A DNA stretch of 64,000 nucleotides, taken from Utricularia gibba. Taxonomy: Eukaryota > Plantae > Magnoliophyta. Location of the stretch: assembly GCA_002189035.1 (NCBI GenBank), contig NEEC01000018.1, positions 1,612,001 through 1,676,000 of the forward strand, in the 5' to 3' direction. Positions within the stretch are counted from its first letter, which is position 1. The number at the start of each line of letters is the position of its first letter. The notes under the pieces were generated by a model that was given only the letters and a program-made list of their open reading frames with translations, was not told the DNA's origin and did not search any database. Both the position numbers and the translations under genes were made by a program. Below are positions 17,419 to 31,354 of the stretch, in pieces.

Positions 17419-18692
17419 TTAGGCGTCACCTTGCTCACATAGATCAAGCAAGTCCAAGGTCTGCAACGCACATAGAAATTAGAGTCAATTCCATCAAGAC
17501 AGAAGATCTTGAACTATGAAATCTAACACGGACTACCAACCTCTGGTATGGAAAGCTCTAAGCGGAACTTGGGGCCATCATAGTGATGCAAAACTGGCCT
17601 GAAAGCATCTTCCTCGAGAGGCTTACACAGTTTCCGCACACGAATTCTAACCTGGTAAAAGAAATCGACACATGCAGTGAATGGAGAGTTTTTTTCACGG
17701 CGAGAAATTAGCAGTAGGAGAACAAGATGTACGTGGGCTTTGCATTTGTAGTTGATGAAAAATCTTTACCTGCGCTGGGAACCTGGATTCACCTTTGCAC
17801 TTCTTATCTTCCCATGCAGTAGGATCAATGTTGGAACCTCCAAAGGTTGCAGCCTGAGCAAGAAAAATCTTAGCATGACTCGGATCCTAAAAATGCAACC
17901 TGATGCACAAGGAACTTACAGCATACCTCAAATATACCATGCAACTGGTGAGTGGTGTAATTGTAGAGAAACAGAGGTAATCCGGGTGTTATTGCTCTCA
18001 CTGAATCTCTGTATCTTGGGGGCAAACCTGGAGATAAGAGAAGAATAAGGCATACTTAGGCGCAAGAGTAACTCTACTGAAACGCTAGCCAGATACGATA
18101 ATGACCATGAACATGGCTTCAAGAAACCAAACAGCAAGCATACCGAACAACTGTCTTTTCAGATCCTCTTGCATTGTATCATTGTTGCAGACAAAGATAT
18201 ATCCACCAAGAGTCTCATTCCTGGGAAGCGTTTCTGCAGCAGGCAATGTCTTGAACCTTTTTTCAACACCAGTGCTGACGCTTGAGTTGTCTTCCTTGTT
18301 GCTAATGGTGTTGATATTACTATGCTCCTTCATCTGGTTCATCATGTATTTGGCTCCGATGATGCTTCCTAGACTTCCCGTGCTGGGATTTTGATAAGGA
18401 GGGCTACCATGAACGCCATTTCTAGGAATTTTGGATAGATTCGCATTGTACTTAGCATCCACGTTTAGCAGGCTGAATGCAGGGATTTCAAATTTGTTAT
18501 CTTCTTGAAATGCAACATTATCCCTCCTCAATTCGGGATCCTTGGAGAGATCTACGTTGAATCTTCGCTCTTGCTTTGTTCTAGTCTGCTCTGCCAGCTT
18601 TGATGCTGCCACCAACCACTGCCGATCATCGGAAACTTTCGATTGCCCCGAAGCTCGTTGCTCAACTGCCAAAAGCTGTGCATACTATCCAT
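17419..18692 (-). CDS. DCD (development and cell death) domain protein, B2/NRP-like; apparent -1 frameshift at 18646-18649
   Basis: MDSMHSFWQLSNELR / GQSKVSDDRQWLVAASKLAEQ N-terminus. DCD domain: LGGYIFVCNNDTMQEDLKRQLFG|LPPRYRDSVRAI...HGIFE|AASFGGSNIDPTAWEDKK...RFPAQ|VRIRVRK...TLDLLDLCEQGDA*. Confidence 0.9.
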
Positions 18693-20132
18693 CCTGCAAA
18701 CGAAATAAAAATACCAAACTTGGATTACACTTTTGGAATCAACATCAAACATCAGAAACTATTCACCCTGCAATTAGCATAAACCCCTCTGCAGTCCATA
18801 AAAGAAATCGTAGTTCACATCGGGAATTCACGCAAGTTATTCAATAAACACCGATGCCGGTGAGATAAACCGAAGCACTGAACAATTCGTAACACGATGA
18901 CCATACAAAAGTAGGAAGACCATCCATCCGACCGGGAAATTTCATTTACTTCAAATACAAAGCCACTAGAGCATTTTCTTACTCCTATCTCCAACTAGCG
19001 AGCAATCTCCTCTCTCAAACACATATCTTCGAGGGCAACTGGATGCAGAACTCACCTTTCTCCCCTCGCGGAAGGTAAACCCTAGCTCCGAAAGTGGAAG
19101 AGGGAGCAAATGATGAGATATATCTAGAAATAAAACAAAAAAGACCACGATCTTCAAGTTATTTACTTGATTGCCATTCCGCTCATCCCAACGGTCATAT
19201 TTTAAATATTGTATTCTTTTTTCAAATGATTTTAATTTAGCAAAAAACTTGCCAATTTGTTAGCTTTCTTCTCTCTCTCTCGATTTTTTGCCTTCAGTTA
19301 CTCGCCGGCGCTGTGGGGGTAGAACTTCACGGCGTTGTTGCGGAGGTTTTGCTCTCCGGTTCCGGTCCCAGATTTAAAAAATGTTGAATAAATAGAGCTT
19401 CATTTTTTTATTTTTAACTTTTGGCGACGGTAAGAATTAGCAGATAAATATATGAAATTCTGAAGCTGCAAGTCTTTGTCAACTTTATTATTCACCGCCA
19501 ATCCTGCGGGCTGAGCTGATCTCATGCATTCTTTTCTTTATATATACTAAATTCCAGACGCGCATTTGTGTAGGCTGCATTGGATTTGATTAGGAGCGCG
19601 GTTGGCTGCTTGAACGACCGACGCTGGGAAGGCCCCAAGAAAATGAGCCGATTGATTGGGGCTGTGGCGGAGGTGTTTTAGATCTTCCAGGGTGAGAAAG
19701 ATGAGGGGAAGTTAACATTTTTTGAATGATTATTTTCATTTTATGAAATGGGTGGGGAGAGATCTACTGATGATTCTTCTTTTTAATTGGTTATGTGGCT
19801 GGATCTTGCTTGTTAATGGGTTTTCTTTATTGGCTATTGTAGACATGTTTTCTTGGCTGTGATGTTATGTAGATCTGGCTTATGAATTTTCGTTGTTAAG
19901 AAGGAATGCGCTTTATTAACTGTTGGCTAGTAGCTGTCTTAGCTACATTTGGATTCTTAATGGAATCATCTTGTTGTTCTGCTAATCTGATGTCAACTAT
20001 ATGGAAGTTTCTCTTGCGTTGTACGATCTAACCTCTGAAGATCGAGATATGATGCTTGATTCAGATGGTTTTACTTGTGTAGGTATACCAGCAGAATCCG
20101 GGAGTGCTACTTGAAGCATTAAAGATAATATC

Positions 20133-23100
20133 ATGGCAGGAAAATACTCGAGAGTTGATGGTCGAAAAACATCTTCCAGCCTATGCTCTTCAATCCTAGT
20201 ATCAGTTTTCGTGGCTGTCTGTCTTCTTGCAGTGTGGCTCCTGTCAGCGTCATCAGTTACCCCAATCTCGAATTTGGAAGCTTCGGGTGAGGTTAAGGGT
20301 GAAGGGAAGACACCTGTCACCAAGGGCAATGCAGAGGGTGCAAATGATGTGAGCGGCAGTCTCACTCAGAGTGATGGAGACTCGAAAGAGGAAGAAGGCC
20401 AGAAGCAATTTGAGGACAATCCAGGTGATTTACCTGAAGATGCTACCAAAGGTGATAATAGTGTAATTTTGAACCAGGATGATAAAAGTGCAACATCTGA
20501 AGAAACTTCTGTAGAGAAGCAGGAGTTGACAAATACGGATGATGAAAAGAAAATGAGTGAAGAAGTAAAAGAGGTTATTCCTAAGGATGAGTCAGAAAGT
20601 AGGGATGAAAGCAAAGACAATGAGGAATCGCAAGTGGGGAACAGCCAGGTGAATGAAGATGGTGAAAAGGGAGATATTCAGACGGAAGAGAGGACAGAAA
20701 GCAGTGAAGGTGACAAGTCGGATCAGGGTTCTGTTGAGAAAGATGACAATTCGGTTGATGCATTTCCTTCTGGGTCTCAGTCAGAGCTTTCAGATGAATC
20801 CACTACACAGAAGGGATCGTTTCCGACACAGGCAAAACAGTCACAAAAAGAAAAGGAAGTCCAACAGTTATCCAAGTCTGAAAGCCAGAATAGCTATACA
20901 TGGAAACTTTGCAATACCACTGCTGGCGCAGATTACATCCCATGCCTTGATAATTTGCAGGCTATTCGAAATCTTCCAACAACTAAGCACTATGAGCACA
21001 GGGAGAGGCACTGTCCTGAAGATCCTCCAACCTGCCTTGTTCCTCTTCCCGAAGGATACCATCGGTCAATACCATGGCCTACCAGCCGGGAAAAGGTAGA
21101 TTAGAAACAAAAAATTAATTTTGATGTTTCTTTTTGTGGATTAGAAACAAAAAATAATAATAAGAATTCGAATGTTTTTCTCTTCACAGATATGGTATCA
21201 TAATGTTCCTCATACCAAGCTTGCTGAGGTTAAGGGTCATCAAAATTGGGTTAAAGTTAATGGCGACTACCTGACTTTTCCCGGTGGTGGGACCCAATTC
21301 AAGCATGGTGCTTTGCATTACATTGATTTTATACAACAGGTAACATTTCATATATACCCCTGCTTGGCGTTAAACCATTGCATATTTGAATCTGTCTCTA
21401 CTATGTTGTTCCCATTCTTTATATCAATTCATATAATGCTTTGACATGCTGCAACTGGAGTTTGGTTAGACTAGTTCACTGATTCCTGCATTAATGTTTC
21501 ATGTTTATGCATTCTTGTCCAGGATATGAAGCGTTTTTTGTTATTTATTTTAGTTTTTAAGCAATGTTATTTCCAACTTCTCAAAATTATCATGTCCTGT
21601 TCTTGTCGTATAGTCTGTTTCTGGCATTGCCTGGGGGAAGCGGTCCCGTGTAATATTGGATGTTGGTTGTGGCGTGGCTAGTTTTGGGGGTTCCTCTTTG
21701 ACAGGGACGTGCTGGCAATGTCTCTAGCACCTAAAGATGAACATGAAGCCCAGGTTCAGTTTGCACTTGAAAGAGGAATCCCTGCAATTTCTGCTGTTAT
21801 GGGCACACTGAGGCTTCCTTTTCCCGGGAGGGTGTTTGATATCGTCCACTGTGCTCGCTGTAGAGTGCCTTGGCACATTGAAGGTATTACATTCATCCCA
21901 TTTTTGCCAAGACGCCCATGCACTTGTCTCATTTTGATCCATATAATCATGATGTTACGCAGGTGGTAAGCTGCTTTTGGAGCTAAACCGTTTACTGCGT
22001 CCTGGTGGTTTCTTTGTGTGGTCTGCTACTCCAATTTATCAGAAACTTCCTGAAGATGTGGAGATTTGGAAAGGTACAGTTTACCCCTTTTTCTTTTGCA
22101 TATGATAATTGCTGCTTGTTAACTGTAAATATTAACAGCCATGAAGAAATTGACAAAAGCAATGTGCTGGGATGTTATCTCAATAACCAAGGACAGAGTA
22201 AACAATGTGGGAATTGCTATCTATAAGAAACCTACTACAAATGAGTGTTATGAAAAAAGACCCAAAAATGATCCTCCTCTGTGCCAGGACTCTGATGATC
22301 CAAGTGCTGCTTGGTAAGTGCTTTTCTCGGTGGTTTCCCTCTTTTGTTGCTGTGTAGACTATCAGCTTAAATGTTGTAACCTTGACACGGCAGGAATGTG
22401 CCTTTACAAGCATGCATACACAAGGTACCTGTTGCTGCATCAGACCGAGGCTCTCAATGGCCAGAAATGTGGCCTGCTAGGCTGGAGAAGGCACCCTACT
22501 GGTTATCAAGCTCTGGTGTTGGTGTTTATGGCAAACCAGCTCCAGAAGACTTCGCTGCTGATTATGAACACTGGAAGCGTGTTATCAACAATTCATACAA
22601 AACCGGGCTGGGAATAAACTGGTCTGCCGTCAGAAATGTCATGGACATGAGATCTGTCTACGGAGGGTAAGCTCCGCAACTGCTTTCCCATTTCTGTAGA
22701 GCTGAGCTTCTGATATCCAGCGCAACTGGTGACCCTGATGTGGGACTCTGTTTTGCAGCTTTGCAGCCGCGTTGAGAGGTTTCGATCTGTGGGTTTTGAA
22801 TGTCGTATCCATAGATGCGGCGGATACTCTCCCGGTAATCTACGAAAGAGGCTTGTTCGGGATTTATCACGATTGGTGCGAGTCTTTCAGCACATATCCA
22901 AGATCGTATGACCTTCTCCACGCCGATCATCTCTTCTCCAAGATCAAGAAGAAGTAAGTGCCGCCGACACCAATAGCTTCCTTCCACTTCGTGCATATCG
23001 CCGACAGGCCAAGACCTGTTTCATCTAACTCCTCATATGCAACAGGTGCAATTTCATGGCCTTGGTCTCAGAAGTGGACCGGATCTTGAGACCGGAAGGT

Positions 23101-23271
23101 AGCATCATCATCCGTGACTCCGCCGAGACGATCGCCGAACTGGAGAGCATATTCAAATCGATGCAGTGGACGATCAGTATGACATACTCCAAGGACAAGG
23201 AAGGCTTACTGTGTGCCCAGAAAACGATGTGGCGGCCGTCGGAGATGGAGGCCGTCGCGTATGCCATCTGA
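20133..23271 (+). CDS. SAM-dependent methyltransferase of the DUF248/PMT family (PMT24/26-like, type II Golgi membrane); apparent -1 frameshift at 21686-21690
   Basis: N-terminal TM and acidic stem; [84 protein letters not shown]. Confidence 0.93.
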
Positions 23272-23575
23272 ATGAGGTAGATGAGTGAAGAGATGTGCAG
23301 CAGAAGCCGCCTATATTTATTTCATTAATTTAATCTTTTTTGTTTGCAATTGGAATTCGAATATTAATAGATATTTACAAAAAAAAAAATCGGAAATTTT
23401 AATTTATATTTATAAATATGTAATTTTTTAAATTAATTATTAATGTAAACTTTATAAACAAGTTCTCATAAAAATATCCATATTAATTTTTTGTAACAAA
23501 TAAAAATAATTAAAATTCTGTTCAATTTAAACAATTATTATTTTTTATTAATTAAAAAAAGACATGTAAGATAAT

Positions 23576-23753
23576 TGGGCCTATGAGCTGTCAGCCCATT
23601 TATAAATTGGGTGCGGCCCAAGTATTTTGTTGTTGAGGAGGAGGGATTTGTGGAACATGCGTTGATTGATTGATTGTAGCGGCTGCCTGGTTCTGTCTCG
23701 GGAGATAAGTGCTCCCGGCGGGCGGCTTTTCGTGGCGAAGTTATAAACCCTAG
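23576..23753 (+). promoter_or_regulatory. Site II (TGGGCY) cluster plus telo-box upstream of SDN
   Basis: TGGGCC 23576, AGCCCA 23593, GGCCCA 23615, AAACCCTAG 23745. Confidence 0.6.
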
Positions 23754-23836
23754 TTTCAAGTAGGCTAAATTGTTGCTGCTCTCTGCTTTTGTATCGGAAG
23801 ATCAGTATCTTTGTGGGTTTCTATTCGGCAATAGAG

Positions 23837-26519
23837 ATGGACAAGCTGGTGGAATCTGCCAATAAGGAGGTGCTTTGTGTTTTCTCATTCTTTGATTCTA
23901 TTCTTTCGTGGGGTGTTTGGACTAAAAATCAAGGCTTGTGATGGTTGCTGGAATGTTATGGTGGTGATGGCAGGTTTTAGTGGAAATGGTGAAGCTGGCG
24001 CAGAAGAGGAGGATGAGGGGGAGTAAAGGTCAGTGGAAAGAGTTTTTGACATTTTATGATAAGAATTTCGGAACAAGCCTCAGCGACCCTTCCCGGAGGA
24101 ATGCGGATTCTTTGGTTGCATTCTTGAACACGTTTACTGAAGATGATGACCTGGAGGTATGAAGTTGGTTTAGGTTTTTTTCTCATTTAGCTGCCCTTGA
24201 TTAAAATAATATGGGTGATAGTTGTTTGAGACATTGATGTAGTTTTAAGTGGAAAGCTCCTTTTTTGCCTTGCAGTTCTTTGAGAAAGTATTGCAGCGTT
24301 ACTCAAATCGGGAAAAAGTGGCAAGTCTTTCAACTAGCTCTCCTGATGACGATTCCCCTGAACAGGTCTCAGCTTGATCACTTATTATTTCTTCATGTTG
24401 CAACTGTTATTTATGCTTTTGAAGATGGCATTTATAATTGGACTCTTGTGCTTAACAGAGGCTTATTCGTATGACTTTAGAGCATCCACAATACCCAACT
24501 GAGTTCTTCTTCCCCTCGTATGAGGAGGTAGGGATTTATGCTACTGGGATGACGTTGTAATATACTATGCTGGTCATATCAAATGATAGTAATATCCATA
24601 ATCTACGAGTACGTTTGTAGTGGTGGTTTACACTAAGTAAAACGTGAGACCCTACACTCAGACTCCGATCCTTGGAATGGTTTTGTATTTGGCATCATAA
24701 CCCTGCAATCACTCAGTTTTACTGGTGAGATGACTCAAATACACGTTCTCAGCTTTTTTTTTTTTTGAATTTTGAGCTGGAGTAGGGATGGGTAGTTGTA
24801 AAAGGAAGTAAAAAGCCTGATGCCAAGAACTCAAAAAAATTGGTTTCAATTGATTGTGAGATGGTTCTCTGTAAAGATGGTGCCGAAGCCGTGGTAAAGG
24901 TCTGTGCTGTCGACCGCAATTTAGAGGTACCTTACTGTCCACAATTATCTTCCATCAAGTTATGGAAACTCTTAATATTCACCTTCTTATTACTTTCCTT
25001 TATAATACATAGGTTTTAATTAACGAAGTTGTAAATCCATATAAAGAAGTTGAAGATTATCGAACAAGCATTACCGGGATGTCTGCTGAAAATTTTGTTG
25101 GAGTCACTCGCTCACTGAAAGATGTGCAGGTATACATTTTACATCATGGAGTTTTTTGTTGCCATTATTATGCTCCATTCTTTTCCTTACAGAAATCACT
25201 GAAGCGCTTGCTGTCACATGGTGCAATTTTAGTTGGACATGGTCTCAATAATGATCTTAGTGGTTAGTTACAGTGTTTGTATTAGTTTCACGTGCTTAGT
25301 CTTCTGCCAAAGGATTTTTCTTCTGAATGTTGTTCTACATCTTTTGGCTATCATTTGAAGCATTGAAGTTGGAACACGAGAGAGTGATTGACACATCTTA
25401 TATCTTCAAATATGCAAATGGTCCTTCAATAAAGAAACCCTCACTGAGATTATTGTGTAAGGTGAGTTCAAGCCCTTCTTATTCCTCCTTTTGCTCAAGG
25501 ATTCGTTGGTCTGCATTCTGTGGGTTGTGTGCATTACCAAACTCAAGCTGTTGGAAGCATTAAGAACTTGTGGTGCTTTCTTTACTGTACTCTAGGCAAT
25601 GCTGAATTTTGAGCTCCGGAAAAATGGTGAGCCACACAACTGTTTCGATGACGCCTGCGCTGCAATGAAACTCGTTTTGTCCAGATTAGAGGGAAAAGTG
25701 GATGGTGCCATACCTGAGGAGGTAATCTGAATGGATTTCAATCTTTAGTAATTTATAATCCACATGTTTTTGACCTGATTCCTGCATTCACAGGAAGAAA
25801 CTTTGGAAACGGAGAAATTGGTTGTCCACAGGATACCCCACAATCTCAGTGTTGAAGATTTAAAAAGAATCATTCCTGGGGAGTTTTCTATAGAACTGAA
25901 GGTTCAGAAAATGATCACTCCCATCTCTTCATTCCTGAAGCAACATGTCACTGTCCTAAACTGTATTCCCCTTCCTTTTTTCCATTTATTTTTTCCCCTT
26001 TGAAGCCTACTGTAAAGTCCAAGAAGACATATACAGCCAACGCATGTTTTAAGAGCAGTCAAGAAGCAACAGAAGCATTCAAGAAGCTTGAAGGTTTCCT
26101 GGAAAAGGTGTGGCTTCTGCTTCCACACTTTGTGCATCATATGAACTGCATACATAATGTGGCTCGTTTTTGAAATCTGAAGCTGTTTTTATATCATTCA
26201 GGATTCGTGTGGACGCCCTCAAAAGCTAGTGAAGTTTGAGCTCGAGTCTGGTGCATTTGGGACCGTATGTGTGTGTAAAATGCTCAGCAAAGCCTCAGAT
26301 AGCTCCGTTGGAAGCAAGCGGGCAGGTGAATCTGAAGCTAATGGTATATCAAAGAGGTTGAAGGCAGACGAAACGCCGGAGAAACACGAGAACTCCACTG
26401 ACTGTCACGCACATTTGAGGGAGATCGAAAGGCTGAAGGAAGCACTGAGTAAACGAGAAGAGGAAATCTTAAACCTGAGCAAGATCATCACAGCCCTTGC
26501 AAGAAAGCAAGGTCTTTGA
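23837..26519 (+). CDS. SDN: Small RNA degrading nuclease (SDN1/3-like DEDDh 3'-5' exonuclease), about 11 exons
   Basis: MDKLVESANKE|VLVEMVKLAQKRRMRGSKGQWKEFL; catalytic IDCEMV, LVGHGLNNDL, IDTSYIF and HNCFDDA are intact; an RRM-like C-terminal part follows. Confidence 0.9.
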
Positions 26520-26884
26520 GCTTGTGCTCGTCAAGGGAGGTTTTCAAAAGTTGAGTGATCCTCCTCTGTATCAGAATGCAGCTCCGACCGGCCGGCGGAT
26601 CGATCTTTGTAGGTTAGTATCTTCATTCTTGGTTCCTTGCTGTGACCCTCCCTATAATGTTAGTTGCCTATTCCTTGGAAAGTTTTGATATTTTCCATAG
26701 CTTCTTCATTCACTGAGGATCTGTTGAAACCCTATTACCATGTTGCATGATATCCGATTTTGCCCATGAAACCGGCTCAAATAGTAGTAGATCATTGGGG
26801 TGTTTCTTAGAGCTGTGAGCTGAAGAATAGTAATACCATCACAAGCAACCACTAGCTAAAAGCATCACCATGCAAATGCTGCAT

Positions 26885-29800
26885 TTATTCACTTTCATAA
26901 TCTTCGTCTCCAAAACTGAAAACTGAAGCATCTGCTGCAATCGCCTTGATGTCAGCTGAGTCCAGGTTTGGGATGGGAGCAGTTACCTGAGGTGTTGATT
27001 TATCAGAACTTTTGGGGTCCCCCTCGAGAGAAAGTTGCTTAACATGATCTGAAACATGTTCCATCTCGGCTGTGGTTTGGGGAGCGGTGGAAGGGAGCTG
27101 GCAGCTCCTGCCGGAGGAGTGAGCTTCCTCTCCATCACTATCAGAGAATACGTCGTCTTCTTCCTGCTTTTGTGATTGCTCTGCATGCTGAGTAGCTTTG
27201 TTTTCATGACTAGAACGTGGGGCATCTTTTGGCATGCCATCGCTGTCGGGAGTGGTCTTGGATGGCGTTTTGCCATCATAATCTATCATCACAATTTCAA
27301 CTTGGAATCCCGGAGAAGGCAGTTTTCTCTACAGGGGAGAATTGTTGTCAGGGCGTTGATATTGGGAGTGGAAGGTTTTCTTTCACGAACAAAAGCACAT
27401 TATGAGAAAGAATTCAGAGGTTTTCTTACGTTGTCGAAGCCATCGAGATCAGAGGCCTCTAATATCGTTCTGTTTTCCATCATTGCAGTGTTCATCCAAC
27501 TGCAAGATTTTCAGAAAAATGCACACTTAGTTTGCAGGAAATAGAGTTGAGTCACAAACTACCTAGTTTGCAGGAAGTAATAGTTTCTAACCAGTAAAAG
27601 TCTCCCTGGCGATCATGAAAATGAACTTTAAAGTCACCAACAAGTTCGGTGAGGCCAGGCTCTCCAGGAAGAGCAAACACCACGAGGTTCTTTTTTGGTG
27701 CACGGATCCAGAAGTCTTCCGGCTGTGAAAAATCAATAGATGACGCTAGAAATTTGTAGTACTGAATATTGAAAGTATTTGACATAAATTTTTGGTTTAC
27801 AATGAGATTCTTGGTTTTTGGATGCTTTTTGGTTGAGAAGAGCACTCCTGTAGACACACATGTTTAGAGGTCATTCTACAATGAGTTGAAATACAAGTAA
27901 GCGAACTGCGTGGTCAAACAACAAATGTAACTTCAACAAAACGGTTTTTTTTCCCCTATTTCCATTAATTATGCCGGACGCCAAAATCATGATATGAGAA
28001 AATAAACAGAACTCAATGACCTACCATTATGATTGGATATGGTTATGGCGGGCCTAACCCAGTATGGACATTTGTGAAGTCGGAATCCCCGTAGCATGCA
28101 TCTATCACATATTGGCAATCATTATCTGATAAAGCCGACTGCATTTGCGAAATGCACTATGAGTGAACTACCTACGACCGGGAGGCGTTTCACCATTGAA
28201 GTTCTTCAGGACTTGTTCAAAGTATTTCACATACCTCTGTTGAATGACAAAATAAAGTTAATCTGTCATGCCCTTTAGTGAAGTCATTCCAGATGAAGAA
28301 GTAAGACTTACAATCTGGCTTGGAAGAATAAGGCCCTTCCCATCTACACATCTTTTTTGGTTGTAATAAGTAATGCAATCCTCAGCAGTGGGGAAAAACT
28401 ACACGAAGAAAAAGGATCAAGGCATGACCAATTCCCTGATATTACGATGCTCCGAATAAACCCACCTTTAAGAAGAGAAGAAGGCTGCATATCATCAACC
28501 CAGTCCTCGCCTTCCCTGCTTTGCAGTGAATAACTACTACATTTAATATGTCCTCCTTCAACCACGAGTAAGCACTTTGACAAAAGCATTTTATTAGGTA
28601 GATGGGAGGGCAGTTATGATCGTCAAATGGGAAAGATGCAACCTGAGACACGCGGTAATTAGTGAGAATCACAAATGAAACCACTACTATAAATAAAATT
28701 CAGTGCGAATACAGGCTATAATTTTTTGCAAAGACCACTCGTTGGAAGTGTGTGGGTTGTGAACAGAACGCGTGCATGAAACAAGTGATTTTGCTTTCAT
28801 CAGTCATTCTTTTCTTTTTAGCATCCAGTGCCATACAGAGTAACTCGAATGAAGAAGAAAACAATCTGTGTATTAATGAAATATACCTTCCCCTCAAACA
28901 GTGATGCATCATACAACCTCTCTGAACATAGATTGTACACCTTATACTTCCCCTGCACAATGTTTTTAAAGTGAAAAATCAGGCCTAAAAAATCACAGAG
29001 TGCAAATACGCCAATAAACACCACACCTAGATCTTATCAGCACCACTTAATTTATGATGTAAATCGAAATGGAAGGTCATGTTAACTCCCAATTGTGGAG
29101 TAATATTAGGTGAAAAAAACCTCTTAAGAGACAATAGTCCTATTATCCCTAATTTTCCCGAGACAACTTATCAAAGACTCCTCATGGTTACACAAAAAGT
29201 AGCATTTGAGGCTTTGGAGTGCAAAAAACACTTAGACGGCTTGAGTAATTAACCTTGTGATGGGTCTCAAAAAATTTTATGACTTCCTCCATATGATTTC
29301 TGTATAACCCCTGCATCATATTTGTAATGTAAGTAGAACCTTAAAAAATCAAAATAAACAAAGGAGTGATGGAAAATAGTATAAAGGTTTACCTCAAAAT
29401 ATCCAAATAGCCCAGAACTTAAATCACCAGCAGGAAACCCCATAGCAATTATATTTTCTGTTATATATGTCATATCCAAGTCAAATCCGCCTTCCTAAAG
29501 AAACGTGGAATTTTAGAACAGACTGATAACTACTTCGTTTCTTCCAAACGCTATGCCTAAAACTTTTGAACAAGGAAATATAATTGTTGAACAGGCACAC
29601 GAAAAACCACGCACGAGAAAAATCAGCTCAGACCACATTTCATTACCTTTCTCCTCAAAACAAAAAATTGAACCCACAATAAAAATCTTGTTCAACTGGA
29701 AACTACATGGAATGGCAAAATCTCTACCTGGTATCTTCGCTTATTTTGGGAAACAAGATGCCTTGCCTTTACTTGTACAGCTTTAACAGCATTCAAAGAG

Positions 29801-30105
29801 GAGTCGACTATCCCTTTGGTGAATGATCCAATGGCACCTGATTGTGCCGGAGACGCGTTTTCATTAGCAGTGTCAGCTGATGAAGGTAGTTTCAGTCCAA
29901 GACCGCTAGCAATACGTGAAAAGGTAAACTTCCCGCTGTTTGAGGTTGGCAATTCGTGCTGCATTTGTGGGACTTTATGGTTTGAAAGTTCAGGGGATAA
30001 AATGTGCTCCGAGTTTTCTTTATCAAGAACAACTGATGGTGTAGATCCATCATCAGGAATTTTATCCGCCAATGATGGAGGTGAGTCGGCAGTTTTTGAT
30101 TCCAT
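26885..30105 (-). CDS. PTEN2: PTEN2-like phosphoinositide/protein phosphatase
   Basis: QNKRRYQ|EGGFDLDMTYITENIIAMGFPA, FPFDDHNCPP, P-loop HCKAGKARTG, C2 domain EPGLTELVGDFKVHFHD, acidic tail SVFSFGDEDYESE*. Confidence 0.94.
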
Positions 30106-31354
30106 ACCACACGCTACAGAAACAATAAAGAGGCAGCTACAAACATAAGTTGTAATCAATTGTTTGAATACCCTCTCAATAGAGCCAAAAGGGAAGCAAC
30201 CAATAGTCAAATGCGCTCCAATAACATAATGATTAGGAACCCGCCAACAGAGAAGCAGCATTACCCAATTTCTAACGTCGACATCAGCTTTTTGCAGTTC
30301 TTAATGCAATCATGGTATAAATCACATTATGTTAAAGCATCATAAATTGATCACACTATCCCCTAATCAACACATTGACGAAAAATAATTAAATTCAAAG
30401 CAAATTCAACAGCTCGATTGAGCAAAAACTTCACTTTCCAGGGCATATTATGCCGACAAATAACTCACTAAGATACAAATAAGAAATAATCAACGCACAA
30501 CAAAATGCAACTGCATTTTAATAACTGAACACAACACAAAAAAAAAAAGAAAGCAGGATCACATGCTACCGTACCGAAGTTGCCACAAAAGCTAGATCTG
30601 CTGTAACTGCACGAGTTCCTCCACAAGTCAAACGTTGAAATAACCCGAAATCAAGGGATCGATCGATCCTACACACGACGGAGTACGAATCCTTTTGAAT
30701 TTCTTGCTTTCAAGAAGCCGGCGACAGTTACGCAGGGGCAAAAGTAGCTGCATTGTTCATCGCCGGAACAAGATCTGTTTATGGAGATCCAAACAACGCT
30801 CTCGAATTCAAAGCTCTTGGGCAATTATTCACTGCTTCAGGCGCACCCAAACACCCACTGAACTCCCACCGTTGATCGCCATCCGTCCCTTCTTTCCTTC
30901 ATCTTATCCACTCCCTTCTTAGCAATTTTTTATAATTATTTTTTTGTTTACTAAATAAAACATATTTATTGAAAATTACGTCCTTTTAATTTTAATATGT
31001 ATATAATTTATTTAATATTTATAAATATATTTATCAAATATAATTTTAATTATAAATTTATTTTAATATTAATAACTCGAATATATTATTAATTTAATTA
31101 TTTAATAAAAAATGATTACAGAGAATATTCAGCTACAATTTACACGTCATCAAGACTTTGGAGAAGGTGAATGCACAAAATATGCAGCAGCAGAAGCAGC
31201 AATTCAGAAAGGAGAAAGTCCGGCAAACTTGAGGCATTCCCGGGAAGCAACTTCCACACGTTTTGAGAGAAGGATGACGGACGTCACCTTGGCTTGGGAA
31301 TGGAGTTGGGCTGCTTGCAGCTGCATAGCTCGTGGTGAAAGTGATGATCAGGGC

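Noticed and set aside
27526-27575. 13-bp direct repeat TAGTTTGCAGGAA
   Set aside because: Small intronic tandem duplication in PTEN2 with no evident function.
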